A stretch of 64,000 nt of DNA from positions 458,134 through 522,133 of the forward strand of contig NW_021832223.1 of assembly GCF_006345805.1 (NCBI RefSeq), read 5' to 3'. A model generated the notes under the pieces. The model saw only the letters and a program-made list of their open reading frames with translations. It did not search any database and was not told the DNA's origin. Made by a program: the position numbers and the translations under genes. This DNA comes from Octopus sinensis. Lineage: Eukaryota. Shown here in pieces: positions 54,715-64,000 of the stretch (the first letter of the stretch is position 1; every line of letters starts with the position of its first letter).

Positions 54715-56950
54715 TCAGTTAATCAACAGTCGAGTCACCTTCCACGGAATCCGTTCCATGACCCACTCGAAGGGTTCCGTCGAGGGCGTGGAGTGGAGAG
54801 CTTGTCTCAACAGCGGGATTATTCTGTCGTTCCATTTACGGACAAACCAATCACCCACGTTCCCGCCATAGGGAATATCAACAAATAAAAAGGGACCGAT
54901 CACCGCCTCCCCGTTTCCGTGTGACTCAATCAATTCTTCAATTTACTTCCACGTCGAGTCCAAAAAAGTAGCAACTTGTCGGTTTCTTCTGCAGTTTTTC
55001 ATGGAATTCTCCGAGTTGATACTTTCACGGAAGACCACCCACGGGAGAATATTGGTCAGGGGTTCCATGTGTGAGGTCAGGTGGTGGATTTTGAAGTTGT
55101 ACTCCAATTCCAGTTGTTTAACCAGTTTTCCGTGTTTGCGACAGGTACCCAGGATGAGCACACTATACAGGTCACACGAGAATGCCACTTGGAGTTACGT
55201 ATTCTGCTAAAGAACTTGCGGATTGGCTGACTCACGTTCTCTTCCTTCGACATGTCCACGTTTTTTATTAGAATGATGGTACAGGGAGTCCTGAGGTTGT
55301 CGACGATCGAGTTGAGTGACATTGCAAGACTTGTTTCCGGGGAAGTGTAAATTTGTCGGATTTCCACATTGGTTGAACTACGATAACTGCAAAAAACAAA
55401 CTTTGAATTGTCTCTGAAATGCTCGGCCAGACGGCGGACTATTTGGAATTTTCCACTCAGTCGAATTCCACAAAGAACGAGTCTCTTTTTAGTCACAACA
55501 TCGTTCATATATCGCGAAAGAAGCGACTTGGAAACGAGCAAGTCAAAAGCCAGTTCATCAAAGGCTCCTTCTTGGCCCCTACAACTCAACCAGTTTGTTT
55601 GCCTTTGAGTAATATGTATATCCGATCACAATACCCCCTCAGAAAGGCACATGGAGGGTCGGCTAGTTCGCCCTGCTCTGCCAATCGAAAATGCAAGGGT
55701 ACCGTTCGACCACAGTTTCTTTCCCACGACGAGGGAGGAGACGCTCTCGAGACTGAGTCCCACATTCGAGTTCATCGAGTTGAGGTAGTTCTATGAGTGA
55801 GTGACTGCTCCATGCCTTGAAGACCTTCTTTACGCTGACCAGCAGGGCACATCATTTTACATTGTGACTCAGTAATAGATTCCCAACAAAGCTCTGGAAT
55901 TGAACTAATTAAATACTTTTTTAATTTTGTTATTTGTGAGCACGTACAACGAACTCATGATTTCCGCGGAATCCAACGAATCACTCAAATTTGCTTGGGC
56001 ATTATTTTTTGTTCAGAATTACCGTTTTTTGTGTCGTTGATGTAATTTATGGAATCACTTGATTTCCGCCTCGAAATCATTTCCGTCCGATGCGTCTTTT
56101 CCACATTGTCGAGACGTTTTTCCAAATTTTTTATATAATTTTTTTGGCTGACAATTTCAAGTTGCAAATCTGCGACATACAACTCCTTTTCTCGTAAAAG
56201 TTGGCACAATTCGTTTATATCCGCCACATAACTCTTCGACCTGCAATTTTAGAAACGGACGCGCTGACTCCGCTGACGGCTCGGAGGTCTTTGGTCCTCG
56301 ATTAAACGCAAAAACGTTTTTGAAAGACGACCGAATCTTGGAATAAAAACAAAATTTGAACTTTATTCTTTCTGGACGCTTCTCTTTCTGTTAGAACGTT
56401 TGAATGATTGAGGTTGCTCAGAGATTGCACTTGGCGTGTTTCCGAACATAAATTTAAAAATTTACTTTTTTTGAGCGGCGTAGTCATCAACTTGAGACAT
56501 GTCCCGAGTTCTCGAATTTGTCGTTCCTGTGTGGTTCCGAGTAGGGTACCTTTTTGTCGACAGATTTGGTGGACTCCTCCAACTGGGTTGTCAGGGTCGA
56601 GAGCATTTTGTTCAGAGTTTTCAGCACATCTTTTTAAAATTCGATTTTTGGAACAAAACATTATTTTCGAGCTCTTTTTGTAAGTCGCGGTTTTCCCTTT
56701 CGAGTTGTTTGAATTGTTCTTCTAATCCCACTGCAGACCGAACTCTGGATTTAGGCGTCCCTCGAGAAGTGGGAGAGCTAAGAACATGCGCAAAACATTA
56801 CTTGAGGCCGTCTCTGGAGAAAACAGTCTGCCTGTCTAAAAGTAATGGCAAAGAAAACTTAGGAGGCAAAGGAAAATATTGGAAAGCAGAACAATTGGTT
56901 TCAATTCAGAATGGTCTGGTCGCAAATGAATGACTCTATTAAAGCCGATA
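54715..56950 (-). CDS. Neuron navigator (NAV/UNC-53)-like C-terminal coiled-coil and AAA-like protein; 5' end undetermined
   Basis: IRSSFKNVF (NAV LRSSFKQAF), LREKELYVADLQLE, AFDLLVSKSLLSRY, KRLVLCG..SGK, IGPFLF..WFVRKWNDRIIPLL, PFEWVMERIPW. 24-nt GT..AG intron near 56780. Confidence 0.75.
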
Positions 56951-57172
56951 AAGCCTTTACCACAAAACAGGAAGATCTCGGAATTCTGATCAAATAGGAA
57001 GCTCGATAATTACGGACGAGTCTAAGATATATTCCGGGTTAAGCAGACAATATTAATATGAACATAGTCAAACAAGCGACCTTCCACACTTAAATGAAAA
57101 ATGTAACAGAACGTTTTTAGCAAATAAACAAAAGCATTACAAAACGAATTTACACAATATATAATTGAATGC

Positions 57173-59892
<2,720 letters not shown>

Positions 59893-60187
59893 CACCACCA
59901 GGAACTTGTTAATATATTATGATTAAAATAATAATTATTAATTTTATTTGAATTTTAAATAAATATTTATCTAAAATCAATTTAAGCTAAAAAACTGTCT
60001 TATCAAAACTGCCACCGAAAAAGACATTTTCAATGACTAGATTTAGCACGATCTTGGTTTATAAATTTTTTTTTAAAGAAAATTTTATTATTTGATAAAA
60101 TGCAGTTTTTTTATTAATTAAATTAAACAAATATTTATTTAAATAAATAATAAACTGATTTGAATTTGGTTGTAAATTCTTGTTGAT

Positions 60188-60805
60188 ATGAGTCTTTTAC
60201 AGCTGATTGGAAAAGCAGCTTATAAATGCATTTTATCATCAAACAAAAAATCAGATTTTCAAGAACTAAAAAACCTATTTTCCCGTGTTCAAAAGTCCGA
60301 TCTGAATTTCACGGCCTGCAGTGATTACGACCTGGACAAATATCGACAAATCTTCCTCCAAATATTCGAGGATACTAAAATAATGGCCTTCATAGTCATC
60401 CTGGCAGAAAATGCCCGAATCCCACTCCACGACCACCACCAAATGAACGGATTTGTAAAGATCATTGAAGGATGTGCCAAGGTCGAGACCTTCACCCCCG
60501 TCAAGGAGGGAAGGTCACCCTCTGAGATCATCTGCAGGCGGGATTGGAGGGAGAGATCACATCTGAGACCAACCAAAAGTTGTCTCACTTTGTCTCCAAA
60601 TTTTGGGAACATTCATCAATTGTCGGCCATTAATGGTCCTTGTGCGTTTTTTGACATACTTTTCCCGCCATACGAGAGTGACTGTAAGTACTATGAGTGT
60701 GTGGGTCAACATGGCACTGGTCTGCAGCGACTGATCGTGCGAGATGGGCCGCCTGCGGATTTCCAGCCAATTAGCTCTATTTTTAACCCGCCTAATTTTT
60801 TTTAA
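60188..60805 (+). CDS. ADO: 2-aminoethanethiol (cysteamine) dioxygenase, PCO/ADO cupin, single exon
   Basis: IPLHDHHQMNGFVKII, GNIHQL, FFDILFPPY, DCKYY. Confidence 0.9.
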   Translation: MSLLQLIGKAAYKCILSSNKKSDFQELKNLFSRVQKSDLNFTACSDYDLDKYRQIFLQIFEDTKIMAFIVILAENARIPLHDHHQMNGFVKIIEGCAKVETFTPVKEGRSPSEIICRRDWRERSHLRPTKSCLTLSPNFGNIHQLSAINGPCAFFDILFPPYESDCKYYECVGQHGTGLQRLIVRDGPPADFQPISSIFNPPNFF

Positions 60806-61399
60806 TTTTAAATTATTTTAACACTTTTGTGTGGTTTTTTGAATTAGAGAAATCTAGTTATTCTAGACAGATCACGTGGGTTATATTGTCTTTATTCCTG
60901 GCTTCTTAGCATTGGGTTTACTAAGTGAAGATGGAGGAAAGGCCATGCGATTCTATTCCTTGGAGCTGTGTGATTCTTTTTTTTTCATTTTTTGAATATT
61001 AATAAATCTTCAAAAAAATATCTTTTTCTCAAATAAAGATTTAGAAAATTGTGTAATTTCTACGTATAAAAACAGTTTTAGTGTTTTTATTGTTTATTTA
61101 TTTAATTTTTATTAGTTTTTAGGTTAATAAAGTTACATCTTTTCGGTTCAAAAACAATAAATAAAAATAACTATTGTTAAAAAATAAAATAATTTAAATT
61201 AGTTAGTCCACAGGCATTACTAGAATAAGATAGATGTGTTCAATTGGGAGGGTCGTTATGTTTTTTTAATAATGATTTTCTTTTCGATATCAGAAAAATT
61301 CGTCACCCCGGATACCAAATAGCATTTTAAAGTAAAAATAACCATCTTCTCTGAAAAAGTCTAATAATTAATAAAATAATAATAATTTAACCATTTTCT

Positions 61400-62250
61400 C
61401 ACTGGACCCGCACATCGCTTTCCCCATGAAAAGCAGTGTGAACATTTCAAAACGGCTATATCACGCTCAGCTGCCTGCCATTCTACTCCCATCCTAAAAA
61501 ACCTCCCTAAAATCGTCCACGGAAGCAGTTCTGAACATCGCCTTCGACGAAATCAGTTGGACGAAAGACAAACTTCCCGTCAGGTTTGGAGGGATCGGTC
61601 TCCCAAAGACCTGGCGCCGCATACTTACTTCTCCTCAGTTTGCAGAAGCCGTCAGCTTGTCCAAGAAGTTCTACTTCCCTTCAACGAACTTTCCCTGGAC
61701 TTACCGGCTGATAACCTGCAAAAATTTTGGACCGCCGCCAAGCTGGCAACTTCTTCTGAGATGTGCAGACAGAGGGACTGGGACGAGATCTGGGCAGCAC
61801 ACTCCGTCACCAAGCTACAGCGCTTATTGGACCAACAACACCTGGCGTGCTTGCTTTCCGCAGAACATAAATCAAGTGGCTCCTGGCTCGAGGCCTTTCC
61901 GTGGGCATCAACGGGCTCGTTGTTGGATGACGAGACCCTCCCGATTAGAGTTGCTCTCCGATTGGGACTTGCCATCTGCACGCCTTCTCGTGCCGCCGGA
62001 GCACTCACGAAGCACTCAACGACTTCATCTCAAAGCACTCAATGCTGGCGGTTTCCCAAATGTACTCGAACCAGTCGGTCTGGACAGGGGAGACGGCAAG
62101 GGCCCCGATGGGATGACAACCTTCCCATTCCGAAATGGCAAATGCCTGATCTGGGACACAGACACTTGGTCCTTATCGGCGATGCACGCGAATCCAAGCG
62201 AATCCTCTTGTTGAGACAGAGAATCTCTGAATCTCTGAAAACTATCCGTT
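61400..62250 (+). mobile_element. CRE-clade fragment (post-RT region and RLE), deleted and frameshifted
   Basis: [25 protein letters not shown]; [31 protein letters not shown]. Confidence 0.85.
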
Positions 62251-62529
62251 TGACTGATATCTAACATTCTCTGGTAATGATCGCAGATCGAGCTCGTCTT
62301 TCCTCTCGGACTCTTTTGTATCTATTAAAAAAATGTTTTTCATTCAAAGTCCCTCTTAGGTTGCAAACCTATCGACAATGAAAAGTCTACTGTTTAAAAT
62401 TGGATATAAAAATTGGCTCGCAATAAAAGAATTTCAAAAAGCATTTAAAAAATTTATTAACACAAATTTTTTTTGAAAAGTTCCACTTTATTCTAAAAAA
62501 AGAATTCGGTCAAATGTTCAAAAACTTCA

Positions 62530-63015
62530 TGGGCGGGAAGCCTACGCGATCGAGAAAGAATTAGAGCGTACTATCGCAAGGGATATCCGCTCGAAAAACC
62601 ATCTTGATTCGCGGGCGTCGCCTGTGATGGCAGACATGGGGGACCCGATCTCCTGAACGAAGCTGATTGCCTTACTGCCCAGGAACCGGAAGTCTCAACC
62701 GCGAATGGAAGGAATTGGAACTTCTCCGTAAGTGAGGAGTACTTCCGCATCTTTTTGCAGTTGTGACAATAGATCCAGGGGCGGATGCGGACATCAGCAG
62801 GTTCTGAGGCGAGAAAGAGTCCACACACGTGGCATCCCAGGCAAGAGGCTTCCCCCTGTTGAAGGGAAAACACAGTGATCCCGTCAGGCATTTTTCCGTC
62901 CCCCCGATCGATCCCAGAGGGTTCAAGCAGGGAGGGGGATTCCGGCCATTTCCAGGGCTCTCCTGATAAGATCGTTAAGAGCCGCGTGACGCGGGATGCG
63001 GCCAGCACTGCGTCT
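62530..63015 (-). mobile_element. CRE-clade RLE fragment (second family)
   Basis: [44 protein letters not shown]. Confidence 0.85.
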
Positions 63016-63409
63016 ACACGATAGAGCGTGCAAAATTAGATTTGACGGAATTTCATTAAATTAATTTATATTACAAATAATATCGTTTTTTCACACTTGA
63101 GAAAGAAAATGGTCATCCCATCAGAATGTTGCCTATCCCCACGGTCTACCCGAACAGGTTGGAGTAGTGAAAGAAATACGACCTCATCTACAGCTCATTT
63201 CACGATGTCATTGAACAATGCATATTGTATAAACCTCCAAGCACTATGCATGAACGAGAGAAAATAAAGACCATATCAGACGACTGTTCCGCAGTGAAAA
63301 AGAGGAAGATTCATTCAATTTTTCTTTTTTGATACGTAAAATTGTTATATAAACAGTGGAACAAATTAAGTTAAGAATGAACAAAAGAGAATCTCCGATG
63401 GGCTAAAGC

Positions 63410-63640
63410 ACGCGCCCTCTTGCGGTAAGTACCGCGTGCGTGTTTCCACGGATAATGGCGATGGATATCCTCTGCAATAGCCACAAAACCTCGAGTGGCT
63501 CTTTCGTCCTATGGGCCAATTTCCTCCCGATGTCGCTGATAAAGGCCGAGGTTAGAGGCCCGGCGATGCCTGATGTCTCCAGTGCGATTGGTGCAAAAAT
63601 AAAGCGGCGTCCGAGTTCTTGTTATTTTTTTATTTTGGCC
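63410..63640 (-). mobile_element. CRE-clade 3' tail (third family)
   Basis: FAPIALETSG..WLLQRISIAIIRGN. Confidence 0.8.
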
Positions 63641-63686
63641 GTCTCATTTAAAAAATTAGCGAATATAAAATAACGGTTGCAAAAAA

Positions 63687-63730
63687 CTCCCCGACCGGGA
63701 ATCGAACCCGGGCCACCGCGATGACAACGC
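63687..63730 (-). tRNA. tRNA-Asp(GTC) 3' half only (pseudogene)
   Basis: Minus strand TTGTCATCGCGGTGGCCCGGGTTCGATTCCCGGTCGGGGAG followed by T6. D-arm and 5' acceptor strand are absent. Confidence 0.75.
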
Positions 63731-64000
63731 TCGTAAGCTATTATTTTTTTGATAGTTAACAACAACAAGAAGCCCTGCCGCAAGATGAGAACGGAATGTT
63801 AACATCTCGCTTGTGCCAGCCACATAAGATTAAAACAGAGAGAGAAAATGTGTTATTAGGAAACTAACTAATCCAAAGGAAGACGAACGAAGACATGTGT
63901 CTCTGCTACATCTATTTTTCTTTTCGAGTGTGGCTGAAGTAGACATTCGGTTCCGCAGTAGTATCACTGATGACGGCATCACTCGTCAATCCTAGTTAGT

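Noticed and set aside
55985-56227. cGMP-dependent kinase leucine zipper
   Set aside because: No cNMP or kinase domain follows. Flanking exons match neuron navigator motifs.
63925-63990. CTGA/CTGATGA motifs suggesting a C/D snoRNA or hammerhead ribozyme
   Set aside because: Box order and the GAAA core are not satisfied, and the sequence runs off the window edge.

Overview
Eukaryotic, AT-rich, transposon-dense window from an animal with very short spliceosomal introns. Hand-parsed introns are mostly 23-28 nt, GT..AG. That size range fits a dicyemid mesozoan, but a myxozoan is not excluded (inference). Because of these introns, the supplied ORF track fragments almost every real gene. Host genes recovered by hand-splicing: three misshapen/MAP4K4-type kinase-CNH genes, two annexin copies with shared lesions, two cathepsin L-like paralogs, NME6 head-to-head with an ANKRD28/44/52-like gene, a neuron-navigator-like gene, ADO, an unidentified coiled-coil gene, two ETS-domain pseudogenes and a histone H4 fragment. 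Positions 1-9364 are duplicated at 14219-23594. The rest is nested mobile DNA: one intact hAT, plus Buster-type hAT, Merlin, Ginger-like, pogo, Tc1, Helitron, R4-like, CRE, RTE/CR1 relics and a tRNA-derived SINE. Most notable observations: (1) transposase genes of three unrelated DNA-transposon groups carry host-sized mini-introns, while the one intact hAT has none; (2) both cathepsins have Glu instead of the oxyanion-hole Gln19; (3) intron base composition shifts from AT-rich to GT-rich along genes. Many 1-bp homopolymer indels look like assembly errors, so frameshift-based pseudogene calls are provisional. No CRISPR array or rRNA was seen. Relic boundaries are approximate.
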